A stretch of 64,000 nucleotides of DNA from Octopus sinensis. Lineage: Eukaryota. The DNA is taken from the NCBI RefSeq assembly GCF_006345805.1, contig NC_043022.1, positions 17,236,001-17,300,000 of the forward strand. The letters run 5' to 3'. Within the stretch, counting starts at the first letter, position 1; the number at the start of each line of letters is the position of its first letter. A program made the position numbers and the translations under genes. The notes beneath the pieces were generated by a model that did not search any database, was not told where the DNA came from, and saw nothing but the letters and a program-made list of their open reading frames with translations. Positions 26,291 to 39,507 of the stretch are shown here, piece after piece.

Positions 26291-26959
26291 CAGCAATTAA
26301 ATGTTGTCTACCTGTCAGGGATGTTGTTGTTACCGACGATGCTGCACTCGTTGGTGTTGCAGTCCCTTGCATTGCAACCACCGCTGCTGCCGTTCCTTGT
26401 TGCAACCGATTATCTTTTTCCTATGACTGCTGCTGCTGCTTCATCTGATCATTCATTACGGCAATCAGTAATGTTGATAGATGAGAGGTGTTGTTGTTTA
26501 ACCCCAGGTCAACCCGGACTCTCCAGACCTATGATCAAAGCTGTTCATTTCATGACCCTTCCATCACCGTTTAAGATACAGTGGTGCACCTTGGACACAC
26601 GTGTCTCTGCCCTTTCTTCTTGAGACACTGGGATGTGGTCCCCACTTTTTTCTCTTTTTACTCCATGGCCTGGTTTCAGGCAAAGTAAGTTTTCCATGGC
26701 CCAGGGGATCACACACAGAAAGCAATACACAATTAAGTGCATGATACATAATTTAATTATTACATACACACACACAAACACACACACACACACACCATGC
26801 ACATACATACATACATGTGGTTAGAAGCTTGCTTACCAACCACATGGCTCTAGGTTCAGTCCCACTGTGTGGCACCTTGGGCAAGTGTCTTCTACTGTAG
26901 CCTCAGGCCGACCAAAGTCTTGTCAGTGGATTTTGTAGACTATATATATATAATTTGTG

Positions 26960-27493
26960 AAGACCTGTTGAGGCAAGTGAAAATCAAAATCAAAATCAAA
27001 ATCAAAATCAAACCAAATCAAAATAGATGAACATCAATGGAATTTGTATCTTTGTGGTACCAGTGCTGGTGGCACACAAGAAAACCATCCGAACGTGGCC
27101 GTAGCCAGTACCGCATCGACTGGCCTCCGTGCTGTGGGCACGTAACAAACACCATCCGTCGTGGCCGTTCGCCAGCCTCATCTGGCACCTGTGTCGGTGG
27201 CACATAAAAACACCATCCAAGTGTGGCCGTCTGCCAGCCTCGTCTGGCACCTGTGTCGGTGGCACATAAAAAACACCATCCGAGCGTGGCCGTTCGCCAG
27301 CCTCGTCTGGCACCTGTGTCGGTGGCACATAAAATCACCCACTACACTCTCGGAGTGGTTGGCGTTAGGAAGGGCATCCAGCTGTAGAAACACTGCCAGA
27401 TCTGACTGGCCTGGTGCAGCCTTCGGGCTCCCCAGACCCCAGTTGAACCGTCCAACCCATGCTAGCATGGAAAGCGGACGTTAAATGATGATG

Positions 27494-27495
<2 letters not shown>
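26960..27495 (+). mobile_element. RTE-type LINE 3' UTR remnant with (AAAATC)n and about five 62-bp internal tandem units
   Basis: Units ggtggcacataaaaacaccatcc...ggcacctgtgtc start at 27068, ~27135, 27196, 27258 and 27321; ends in the family-B tail plus (GAT)n. Confidence 0.8.
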
Positions 27496-27525
<30 letters not shown>

Positions 27526-27582
27526 AATTAACAATTGAGGATAAAATCTTATCTACGAATAGTAGTACCCTCAATATAATAT

Positions 27583-27616
<34 letters not shown>

Positions 27617-27617
27617 A

Positions 27618-27725
<108 letters not shown>

Positions 27726-28562
27726 TATGTGTGTGTGTGTGTGTCTTTGTGTCTGTGTTTGTCAACAATGACAATAACAGCTCCTGGGTGCTGGTACCAC
27801 ATAAAAGCACCTATGCCGGTGCTGCATAAAGGCATCCAATACACACTATGAAGTGGTTGGCATTAGGAAAGGCATCCAGCTGTAGAAGCCATGCCAAAAC
27901 AGACAGGGAGCCATGGCAGATCTTCAGTTGGTCAGCTTCTGTCAAAGCGTCCAACGCATGGAAAATGGACGTTAAATGATGATAATAATATTTATATAGG
28001 GACAGGCATAGTCGTGTGGTAAGCAGTTTACTTCCCAACCACACGGTTCCAGGTTCAGTCCCACTGTGTGACAAATTGGGCAAGTCTCTTCTATAGACCC
28101 AGGCAGATAAAAACATTGTGAGTGAATTTGGAAACTGAAAGAAGCCCATCACATGCTGATTTGTTTGAGTAAAACCCTTCAGAGTGGTACCCCAGCATGG
28201 CCACAATACAATGAGTGAAAGAAATAAAAGATAAAGGATGTGTGTGTGTGTTTGTCCCCCACTATTGCTTGACAACCTGTGTTGGTTTGTTGACATCTCT
28301 ATAACTTAACAGTTTGGCAAAATAAACTGATAGAATAAGTGCCATACTTCAAAAATAATTTACTGCAGTAGACTGAAATCCTTCAAAGTAGTACTCCAGC
28401 ATGGCCACAGTCCAACAAAGACATATCTAATTCATGAATGTATGGGATGCGATGGCATTGCGTCAGTGACCAGGTCAAAGAGTTGGCGAGAAGAAGATTT
28501 TGATTGGAATTAAGTCTTTACAAGGCTTTGAATGATTGCTATGTGTTTTCCCCTCTCTAATG

Positions 28563-29137
28563 CAAGGGTTCTCAGCTGGGATTCTTATGGGCCCTTTGGG
28601 GGTCCACGAAAGATTTTGTTGTTAAAATTTATCTGCAGGCACAGGCGGGGCTTTGTGGATAGGGGCAGACATGGCTGTGGCACATTGGGCCAGTGTCTTC
28701 TACTATAGCCTTGGGCTGACCAAAGCCTTGTGAGTGAATTTGGTAGATGGAAACTGAAAGAAGCCTGTCATATATATATATATTTATATATATTTATGTA
28801 TGTGTGTCTTTGAGTCTGTGTTTGTTTCCCCATCGCTGTTTGACAATCAGTGTTGGTGTGTTTACATCCCTGTAACCTAGCGGCTCAGCAAAATAGACTG
28901 ATAGAATAAGTGCTGGGCCTAAAAAATAAGTCCTGGGGTTGATTTGTTCAATTAAAAACAGTGCTCCAGCATGGCTACAGGGGAATATTTCAGACTTTGA
29001 CAATGCGTAAAATATTTAAAATATTTGAACAATTTTTTTGTAGGATTTGGTTGAACATGGAAAGGGTATGAGCGTCCATCCTAGTAACATAGGAATCAAA
29101 GGGGTCCATAGGTAAAAAAAAGGGCTGAGACCCACTG
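28563..29137. mobile_element. hAT-like non-autonomous element with nested SINE A (~28648-28985)
   Basis: TIR-like caagggttctcagct and ggctgagacccactg; 8-bp flanks ctctaatg and ctttaaag (6/8) fit a decayed hAT TSD. Confidence 0.6.
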
Positions 29138-30639
29138 CTTTAAAGGGTTAGGGTTAATTTGCTAACAAAAAATTTCTCCCGTTATGCAATTAACAATAAA
29201 TTCCTATTTGTTGTTGCATGAAAATTTTCTTGTGAATTTCCTGGACCCTCTTTTGGAAAATGTTGTACAGCACTGGTTTAGAGGATGTTCCATGGAAGTT
29301 CTTTGCATTCCAGTGTGTGACAAGTCCATTAGCAGCAGGCAGGAATAATATCTTCTTCTTCTCTCTTCTAACAGGCAGTCATTACCATATATCAGTCTGC
29401 TAGTCCCTTCCATCGACCCCCCCCCCCTGTGACTGACATAAAAGCTGTTGGTGTGTTCACTGCCAAAACATTCCACTCCCACATCTACACCATGCAGTTC
29501 TGTCCCCAAATCCACACCTTCCGTCTTGTCAGACTAATCAAATTCTGTGACCTTTTACCCACAGATTCTCCCCCTCCACCCTGGCTGATATTAAATTCTC
29601 CAATCCACCTACATGAACATCCCTCTCTGTACTTCTAAATTTCCTTCCTCGCCCATCCCTCTTTGTGTATCTAAAGTCTATTTCTCATCCAACCAGGTAT
29701 CCTCTTTTCTATCTAAAATTCCTTCCTCATCTGTCTCCGTATCCCTTTCTGTATATCTAAATTCCCTTCTTCGAGTACCCCTTTTTGCCTGTCTAAATTC
29801 CCTTGGCTGTCCCTCTTGCCTACATCACCCGGCTGTCCCCGCCCCCAATCTGTTTTCTTCTCCGTTTCCCAAAGTATCCCCTTTCCTCTGTAATCACAAC
29901 AATCTCTCCTCTTCAGACATTATCTCTTCAACGCAGCCACCAAGCATATTTTTCTAAACCCTTAAATAAACCCTTCTCTTCAATGTGTTTCATCTAAAGA
30001 TTAATTTCATTATAATGGGTCTTCCACCCGTTTAAAATTATAAAATATTTTTGATTAAAAGAAAAAAAATGTCCCTTTTTTTTGAGTTTTTGTTTGTTTT
30101 TCAGTTTCTTTTTTATTTTCAAACTTTCAAAAGATTTGCTGTCAGTCATGCAGACTATTGCAGCATATAGTACTTACTACTACTGCTATTACTACTACTA
30201 TTACTACTACTACTGCTGCTGCTGCTACTGCTACTACTACTATGCTGTGTGTACATGCATATATTTTTGTGTATATGTATGTATGCATATATGCATGCCT
30301 ATACACAAACATACACACACACAAACATGTACTTATATAGACACATACACACACACATATATACACATGCAGATGTGCATATACACACATATGCACGTGC
30401 ACACACACACACACACACATGTCTTTTAGCCTTTACTTGTTTCAGTCATTAAATTGCAGCCATGCTGGGGCACTGTTTTGGGGGAATTTTAGTTGAACGA
30501 ATCGACCCCATCTTATTATTTAAAGCCTGGTCCTTATTCTATCAGTTCCTCTCTGCTAAGTTAGGGGAACATAAACAAACCAATACCAATTGTCAAAGTG
30601 GTTTTGTCAATCACATGCATCATCTTTGCTACATTCACC

Positions 30640-31190
30640 CACTTTTTTTAAAAACTTTCATGAGACAAAACCTGCTTCTCCATTCTCACCTTCCTTTTGA
30701 AGTGGTACTTGAAAAAGTTGATGAGCGATTGGCCAGAGAGGTAAGTGTTTGTCTCTAATCCTTTCGCTTGAGTCCACCACACACATTCTTTCACCATGGC
30801 CACCAGTCCGATGAAGACTGCCTTGCCTTCCCGGTTGAGGGAAGGTGGCGGAGCAATAGCCATAATAGACTCGACCAACAGGTGGACTCGTCCCACACGG
30901 GACAGCAGCTGTTTGGCATAAGTCCACAGGTCCGAAATGGTTGGACACTGCATGTGTGCATGCAGAATGGTTTCGTCGCCTTGACCGCATCTCGGGCAAT
31001 TCGGTCCGGTTTGTCTCAAACCATGCTGGTATAGCTTTTCCCGAATAGGTAATGCTTATCGATAGCACTGCCAGGCCAGGGATCTGTGGTGATTGTTCAT
31101 AGGTCCCGGCCCGAAAGTTGTCCTGAACAAGCTTGTCAGGTGTTCCTCGTCGACGCAAAGATTCTGCCCAAGAACGTCATTGCACCTCCC
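30640..31190 (-). mobile_element. Tx1/L1-like LINE ORF2 C-terminal (zf-RVT) remnant
   Basis: One frame reads LFRTTFGPGPMNNHHRSLAWQCYR*ALPIREKLYQHG...NCPRCGQGDETILHAHMQCPTISDLW, a CxxC...HxxxxC zinc-binding signature with an internal stop. Confidence 0.82.
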
Positions 31191-31959
31191 CTCCACTAAT
31201 CCTTTTGGTCAGCTGAAAGCAGTTTTGGCACAAACTTGGCAGACATGCATCTCATACCCAAATCTTCAGGGATAATGGACTGAACTGAACCGTAATTAAT
31301 CTGCACATCCTCTGATAAGGATGGTGATTCGACAATTTCCCCTCACAGCTGCCATGATTTTCTCAGTTCTTCTGGTTGTTCATCAATATTAACATATTTT
31401 TGGCCATCTTGGAAATGTCTGAACCACTCAGACAGACACTTGTGTACGGCTCATACACCCCTCTCCATACACCTTCTGCAACCTTGCATAGGCCTCTGAG
31501 CAGGTATCGCTATGACAGCTTTTTCTGTCATAGTTGATGTGATGATCACACGCTACACACCTTCCTTCCAAGCACTGCTGTAAACAGCAGATGTGAGCTA
31601 CAATGTTAAAACTTAGTACCCACACACAGCAGAGTTCAAAGTCAATCCATGCCAACTGGCTTCACTTTCCATGCTTTAGCTTCGTTGCTATGGCAATATT
31701 CTGGATACTTATTGATCAGACCTTGTGTATACACACACACACACGCATCTACATACCCACAAGGAAGTGATACTTGGGTAGATAATGTGGGTTGGGTCTA
31801 CCCAGACTAATACTAGAATATCTTTGTCATGACTTCACAGTTCTGCCTTTTCAGTCTGCATCAGTATAGAGCGATGTGTGAGTGTGTGTGTGAGTGTGTG
31901 AATGCATGTGTGTGTGTATGTGTGTGTGCATGCATGTGTAATGTTTAAATTATTTTCTG

Positions 31960-33160
31960 AGACATATTTCATACAGGTATTTAAAATAATAGACCCAAAT
32001 TCAAGACACAGTTACTGAAGACATTCAAATCCCTTCGTGGTCATGAACTAATAATTTGGTTATGGTTCATTGATGATGTCTTTTTTGTCTGGGAAGGATC
32101 ACAGGATAGTTTAATAGACTTCTTGCATTTCTGTGACTGTTTTGCTAAAAACTATGGCTTTAAGTCAAACATAAAATTTACGTCTAGTTTTTCAAAGTTA
32201 AGTTTTCTAGAGGCAGAATAGTGACAGAGTTATTTTGCAAGCCCAAATCATCCCACATTTACCTCCACCACTGCTCCGATCATCCACATCATATAATTTA
32301 GTCAAATCCCAAATCCCAATCTTTTAGGATAAAATGGATTTGTACTGATATTAGGGATTACTGGAAACATTCAAATGTTTTTGTACACTGGCATGTCAAA
32401 TGCAGTTACAGTAAATCATGATTAAAGGAAATTGCAAATGATACGGCTAAGGTTAGTGGCACCGAAATTTCACTGGTATTTCAAAGGTGTTCCATGAAAG
32501 GTACCAGAATGTTGTGGAAAGATGTCCTCATTTTAAACGTATATTTCTTCAGTCACCTTTTTAGCCTTTAGACAGAATAAAAATATGAGAACTATTAACT
32601 TCTACTTCTGACTCCAACTGACATTGGAGTTTCTGCACACCGTACCTTGAAGAACAGTTGCAAGAGAAGTAAACCCTGTTCAATGTGCAACCACATGAGC
32701 CAAGTGAATTCCATCAGGAATCATAACAGAAATGTTATGCTTTATATGGAAGGTGAGACGTAGAGAGATTCCCATTTAGTGTACGCAGTAGAATGCATCA
32801 AACACAACTTATGTTGGTTGTACAATGGAACAATTAAACAAAAGATTTAATGTCACAGATATAGTACCAAGAAGAATAACCCTAGTTCGACAGACCTTGA
32901 ATATCAAATGGCTGTAATTTTGAAAAAGACTTGAAAGTGGATATTCTCAGAAGATATTCTGAATCTACTACACATTCAGTCCTCAAAATGCATGAGGAGA
33001 AATATGTTTGTGGGTTATTAATATCATACCCTTTACACAAAACTGTTTGGTTGAATAGTCTTCTTTTCCCTTTTCTTTTTTCCAGTTGTAAACTTGGAAA
33101 TTGAAGACTGATGATGTCATTCCATCACCGTGGGAACGCTGGTTGCCTCATTCCAATTTT
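31960..33160 (+). mobile_element. Decayed Penelope-like element (RT plus GIY-YIG endonuclease)
   Basis: WLWFIDDVFFVWEGSQDSLIDFL (FIDD at 32066-32077), IKFTSSFSKLSFLE, LFCKPKSSHIYLHHCSDHPHH..SNPKSQSFRIKWIC, and LVYAVECIKHN/YVGCTMEQLNKRFN (32773-32851). Confidence 0.85.
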
Positions 33161-33779
33161 TGAATTTGAAGTTTTATAATTTTGAATTTCTATGTATCAC
33201 TTTTCATTTTGAACTTGACAAAGACAGACAAGCTGTCAAAATATCATTCAACCAACAAAACATCAATTGCAATCGCATCGCTCACTTCGTATTGTCTATT
33301 TGCCTTTGTGAGGAGTTTTGTCAGTCTTTTTAAAATAATAATAATAATAATAATGAAGTGTTATCATGTACATTGTTTTGTCTTGGTATAAAAGTTGGGC
33401 TACAGCAAATATTCTGCTCAATACCACAGATTTGCTTGTCAGTTGCTTGACCTTAACCAGTTGACCATGTCCCTTAGTGGCTGACAATTTGTGCATCACT
33501 GATCACGAGCAGATGTAGTGGGGGAGCATCATAGCCATGTGTTGAAAGGAATTCTTGGAGGTCTGGATAATTCACCTTTGGAAACATGGGTGGTTCTTTC
33601 AACATCCTTAAACAACCCTTATTCAGGGACCTTTTGAGCGGGATGGGCTACTTGACCAGAAGAAAATTCTAACTGTGATGCATGTGCTTGGTGTACCCTT
33701 ATCAGACGGGTAGTCATGATATGGGATTCGTATATTTTACCCCAGTGTCACTTTGATGGCATGCACTACTGTTTCACTC

Positions 33780-33816
<37 letters not shown>

Positions 33817-33824
33817 TTTTACCA

Positions 33825-34935
33825 TCCATCATCGTGGAGAAAACATACAAATTTATGGAACAGAACATTTTCCCCACTGAATAAAAAGGTCGCTGATGAG
33901 GCTCATATGGATGCAGAGACCAACTCTTAATCAATCACGGGATTCTTGAGAACTGCCATAACAAATGCAGAAATCTCAGTTCTGCATGGATTGATTATAA
34001 AAAGACAGTATAGCACATTCATGGACCTGGAAATCACTGGATATCTTCAAAATTTCTCCTGTGATTTCAAACTTCCTGAAGCACATGTCAATGTGGAATA
34101 CGAATCTCCAATTACACCACTCTAATGGAGTACTGACCACAAAAATATTAATATCATCATTTTCCAAAGTGACCCACTTTCACCTTTAATTTTCTGCATA
34201 ACCCTAATACCCCTTACTAGTGAACTTAACAGAACAGGGTATGGATATAACATTGGTGACAAGAAAATAATTCATCTGTTTTATATGGATGACTTAACAC
34301 TCTATGGCAAAGACGATAATGAGCTTGAAGGACTACTTTGTACTGTGGAAGCATTCAGTGATGACATTGGGGTGGAATTTGGTCTTGAAAAATGTGCCAA
34401 GGCCAGTTTCCAGAAAGGGAAACTGAAGACCTCATTCAGTGGCGTTGGATGCTGACACAGTCATAAAAGAACTCGAGCAGGAACAAACTTAGAAATACCT
34501 CAGAATAAATGAGGGCTCTGTCATTCAACATGCATGTATGAAAGAGAAGATCAGGAAGGTATGTTACAGGAGAGTTCGAGCAGTCCTGATATCCAAGTTG
34601 AATTTACACAACAAGGTGTTTGCTATAAATTCCTAAGCAGTTGCAGTTGTTATTTACAGTTTCAATGTATTGAACTGGAATATGAGCGAAATAAGGAAGA
34701 TAGACAGGAAAACCTCTAAGATGCACCACCCAAAGGCAGACGCAGATCGTCTTTACCTACCCAGAGCTCAAGGAGGTCGAGGCTTGATCCAGTTTGAAAC
34801 CTACAAAACCACCACAACTTGACTAGCAAAATACCTTGAAGCAGCCAACGACTGGATGCTAAAGCTTGTTGAAAACCATGAAAAATATAAAAAGCTTCAT
34901 TCTGTTATGAAGGAGAGCAAAAAATCTTCAGATAA
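33825..34935 (+). mobile_element. R4/Dong-like (REL-class) non-LTR reverse transcriptase remnant
   Basis: GSYGCRDQLLINHGILENC..NLSSAWIDYKK, IFQSDPLSPLIFCITLIPL, IHLFYMDDLTLY (YMDD at 34282-34293), FSDDIGVEFGLEKCA, KMHHPKADADRLYLPRAQGGRGL; several stops. Confidence 0.85.
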
Positions 34936-34979
34936 GTTTATGCATAATACCTGGGTTGGACAGCATGGGGGAAGTACAA

Positions 34980-35330
34980 CAGTGGAAAGAAATGAAGCAA
35001 GCATGCTCTGTTGGGCACGGAATAGAATTATAAGAATGCGTAGAGGACATGATGTGAATGTGGTGGGTGGAAAACTGGGCATGTGAGAAGGGTTGAATAT
35101 AATGTGCAAGAAAGAAGACAGCACTGGTGTGGGCGTAGGGACAAGGATCATCATATAAAGAAGGGCCTATCATTAGATGTGGATGGAACCTGTAGAAGAG
35201 GGAGACTCAAGAAGGTTTGAGACGAGGTGGTGAAGACTGATCTCAGGACATTGTACCCCACAGAGGAGATGACATAAGAGTCATTTGGTGGGTAATATGT
35301 GCTTCATGAGAAGACTCACCCACGTCTTCA
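34980..35330 (+). mobile_element. RTE LINE 3' coding fragment
   Basis: VERNEASMLCW...KLGM and ...GTCRRGRLKKV*DEVVKTDLRTLY, same family as 5800-6615. Confidence 0.7.
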
Positions 35331-35447
35331 AAACTGAGTTCTTGTACAGCTGAGTGCATGTGTGCAGGAGGTATTTAGATATATTTCTAAGTTGCTCCTG
35401 AAGTTTGTGTGTGGGACAAAGCATCTACGGTATATATTTCCTCCCCC

Positions 35448-35487
<40 letters not shown>

Positions 35488-35614
35488 ATGCTGTGCCAGA
35501 TCAGATTGGAGCCTGGCGCAGCCATCTGGTTCACCAGTCTTCAGTCAAATCGTCCAACCCAAGCTAGCATGGAAAGCGGATGTTAAAGGATGATGATGAT
35601 ATATATATATACAC

Positions 35615-36003
35615 ACTGTGCTTGAGGTGACCTATTGAGTCAAGTGCATCAACATCAAAAAATCAAATGGAAATTGTAGTTGTGGCACCTGTGCCAGTGG
35701 CACGTAAAAAGCACCACCCGGACGTGGCGATGCCAGTGCCGCCTTGACTGGCTTCCATGCCGGTGGCCCGTTAAAAGCACCAACCGATCATGGCCATTGC
35801 CAGGCTCGCCTGGCACCTGTGCGGTGGCACGTAAAAAGCACCCACTACACTCACGGAGTGGTTGGCATTAGGAAGGGCATCCAGCTGTAGAAACATTGCC
35901 AGATCAGACTGGGCCTGATGCAGCCTCTGGCTTCCCAGACCCGGTCGAACCGTCCAACCCATGCTAGCATGGAAAGCGGATGTTAAACGATGATGATGAT
36001 GAC
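35615..36003 (+). mobile_element. RTE-type LINE 3' UTR remnant with about three diverged ~60-bp units and (GAT)n tail
   Basis: Starts with tgtgcttgaggtgacc (end of the RTE ORF), continues with gtggcacgtaaaaagcacc units and ends with the tail shared with 27330-27495. Confidence 0.8.
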
Positions 36004-39000
36004 ATACATACACGCACACACATATACTCGGGCTAAACTAACCTCCTCTTCCTCCTCCTACTACTACTCACCCCCACCCATATTAAACTATTTCCACATA
36101 TTTTTCTAGTTCACATAAACTAAAATGACATTTCACCACAATTAGCTACAAAAGTCATTAGCCATAATTAATAATATTACTTATTACCCTAATATAATAA
36201 ACCCAAAGCCAAGCATGTGCAACCTTCTGCAAAAAGCGGGCCGCATGAGACATGGTTCATTACTAGGCGGGCCGCATTACTAAACCATTCAAGATGGTGA
36301 TGGTGGTGGTGGGGGGGTGTCATTCGGAAAGTCCCGTCAGGCGGCAGAGCGTTCGCGATTGCTGTAATCTCTAACACTAGTTTTACAAGCACTCCCTCCT
36401 TATCTGCCCCTGCAATAATCTCCTGTCGCCAGGTGGTGCTCAGTTTCAACTTCCGTTGCGAAGGGAACCAGCCAAGCAGAACCGACTCCGTCACGCTTAA
36501 GTTAACCTTTTCAGTTTCAAAATCGTTTTTCTCTCAGTCATGGGCAAATCCTTTCCGATAAAGCGGTCGCATCACTAAATACATTTCATAGTCATTTTTT
36601 CTTCATGATGGGGAAAGCCCCGGCGGTCGCTCCTTGCCCGTGGCTGAGAGAAATCTTTCTCTCGATTTAATTAATTGATTTTCAATTAACTTCGTTAAAT
36701 TCTTCGTTAAACTTCATTTTTATGAAGAACTAACAAAGTTTACCTATCGCAGAACCTAATATCTTCTTTGCTTAATTAATTTTGTCAATTAATAATCAAT
36801 AACTAAAACAAATTATTTCGTTTTTTATTTTCTATTTGGCTTAAAAGTTTCTCCTCTTTTTTAGTGTTGAACCTTTTTCATTTATAAAAACCTAACCATT
36901 CGTTATGCCATTCTATAAGTTTGGATTTTATTCCCTCAAATAATAATTATATACTGTTGTGTCTGGGGAGAGTCGTTCTCTTTTAGTTTCCTTATAATTT
37001 AACAAATTCACCGGTGAAATTTCCACTTCTTTATTCTTCTGAAATTTTCGTTGCGTCGTGCAACCTTTTCAATAGTTTTAGACTCATTCACACTCATTCA
37101 TGATGAGCAAAAGCCAACCTCCCCCAATTCAACAGTCAGAGACGATTTTTTTAATACGAGAAGGTCTTAAACTCGATTTCTCTCACAAACGAGAATACTA
37201 AAAATGAATCCGGCAGATTCAAAAGTAATGTTGGCAATCCTTGTCCTCTCAAGAATAATAAAGTTTGGTACAAGTTACGGCTACTTTTTTCAGAAGTCTT
37301 TTTTTTTTTTTTAAAATATACGGAAAAATACTGGGATTATGATTCTGAAAATAATTTGCCAAAAATTTTTGTAAAATTTCAATAAATAAAAAGAAACCCT
37401 TTCCTCGCAGTCTTCGGCTGCTTTTTTCTGAATTAAAAAAAAAAATTATGCGGAAATGTACGGTGTACCTGTCTGTCTCTCTCTATGTATGTATAATGTA
37501 TATATATATATAATGTATATATGTGGTTGTAATTTACTGCTCCGTTAAGGTAGGATCAAAAAAGAAAAAAAAGAAACTACTCCATCCAATAAGAAGAGAT
37601 AAATATCATTTAATGTATTAAAATAAGATCAAGAATCCATTCGTTGCCCCTTTTTCGATAATTGTACATTAAATAAAACACACGCACACACAAACACAAA
37701 TTTTTTTCTCAAAATTTCATTCTCACTTCTTCCTTTTTCTGTTCATGGAAACATTGGAGTTTGGGGTACCTCGAAATAGAAAATGTAGGAAAAGATAGAC
37801 GATTAGAATGGAGGTGAACGATTGAAGCGAAATCCCGAGTCATTCGCGACGAGACGCGACATGTTGGGAACGGTCGAGGGGAGGTAACTGTGGTGAACCT
37901 TCACTGACAACTTTTAAGATGTTGCTCTCATTTACGAAGACGTGGGTGTGTGGGCGGGGAGCTCGATTCCCAGCCATATGTTCTCGGGTTCAGTCCCACT
38001 GCGTGGCACCTTGCACGAGTGTCCTCTACTATAACCCTGGGCTGACAAAAACCATGTGAGAAGATTTGGTAAAAACTGAAAGAAGCCCATCAAACATACG
38101 CGCGTGTTTGTTACCCACCGCTGTTGGTTTGTTTACGTTGTTCTTCGCTGTTCGACGAAAGTGATCGATAGAACGAGTGACAGACTTTGTGAAGATATGC
38201 GTTTAACTGCTGGGGTTGACTTCTCATTTTTGGGAACTCTTTTTACTGATCGTTGGAAGTAGCGTTGCAAATGTTTGCTTTCTTTCACATTTCCAGAAGA
38301 ATGAGCGGGGGTTAAAGAAACCATCTCCGAGGGTAAGGCGGGGGAATAACAGTTATGAGATTTGTCCTACTAAGTAATTCGTTCTGCTAAACAAACCTTC
38401 GAGTCTGTGCCCCAGCATGGCCGTCATCCAATGAGCTGAAACGAAGGAAAGAAAAGAATAGAAGAGGATTACATTTAACAAGCACGCAGAAGTTTATTGC
38501 AAGTTAGTTAAAAGTAGATATCTTGCCCCCCCCCTTCCACCCCCACTTCCTCTGTGTGTGTGTGTGTTTTCCTGTTTCTATTCTTCAGTAGCGACCTCTG
38601 TAGTCTTTTCGTTACTTCATGTTTTTTATTTACAGAGGAAATCATGATCAATTCCTGTCTGTTTTCCATGCTGGCATGAGTTGGACAGTTCGGTAGGATC
38701 CAGTCAGCCACAAGGCTGCACCATGCTCCAATGCCAGTTCTGACATGGTTTCTACAGCTGGGTGCCCTTCCTAACGCCGGGGTACCTTTTACTTATCAGC
38801 AGCACTTGTGCAGTTGCCGGGTAGCTTGAAAGACTAGAAAAGAATGAAAAATAAAAAAAAGAAAGGAAGGGGGAAAAGCCACCTTCACTAAGTGTGTGTA
38901 GGGTGAGGAGGGGTGGCTTTATGCCAGGGACAAACAGAGGTGTCTTGTTACGGATAAGAGACATGGCTACCCTTATATAAGGGTGGGTGGACATGGCAAG

Positions 39001-39055
39001 AGGGTACAGGAAGGGGCAGCGACAGATGGATGGACAGGAGTGGAGATAGTAATAA

Positions 39056-39507
39056 TAAACAGTAACTGCACGACAATGTGAGGTATACTAGCCATCTCAG
39101 TATGGCTAACCACTAAGGGTGGGTGTTACTGTAGCTTTTAGCCCCAGGAGATCATCGTCTCCAGCTGGCTTTAGACACACCATCTGTGCACTTATGGTAA
39201 TTGCAAAGGGAGGTCATCCCTCTCTCGTCAACCTAAGTGATGGACTGCAGTTTCTAGGTATTTACCCGTCTTTGGCGTACGGCAATCACCGGTTTACGAT
39301 GAAAGGGAGACCTGTTTGCAAATCCTTATTTATTGTTTTTCCAGTAACTTCCGTCACTGATTTCGAAAAACTGTCTGCAAGCAATAATAAATCTCTGAAC
39401 GAGATGTAAACAGTAACCGCTCGACAACGTGAGGTATACTAGCCATCTCAGTGTGGCTAACCACTAAGGGTGGTTAGCCATATTGAGATGGCTAGTATAC
39501 TTTACGT
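39056..39507. repeat. 67-bp direct repeat flanking a ~284-bp insert, with the right copy folded back into an 81-nt hairpin
   Basis: 39056-39122 matches 39407-39473 (4 mismatches); hairpin 39427-39507 has a 38-bp stem and the loop taagg. Confidence 0.88.

Noticed and set aside
26080-26623. Poly-Asp and poly-Met ORFs
   Set aside because: (GAT)n tract read in different frames; the remainder runs into a repeat fragment.
33101-33150. CTGATGA at the 3' end of the Penelope-like remnant, where a pLTR hammerhead is expected
   Set aside because: No GAAA core follows; at best a dead relic.
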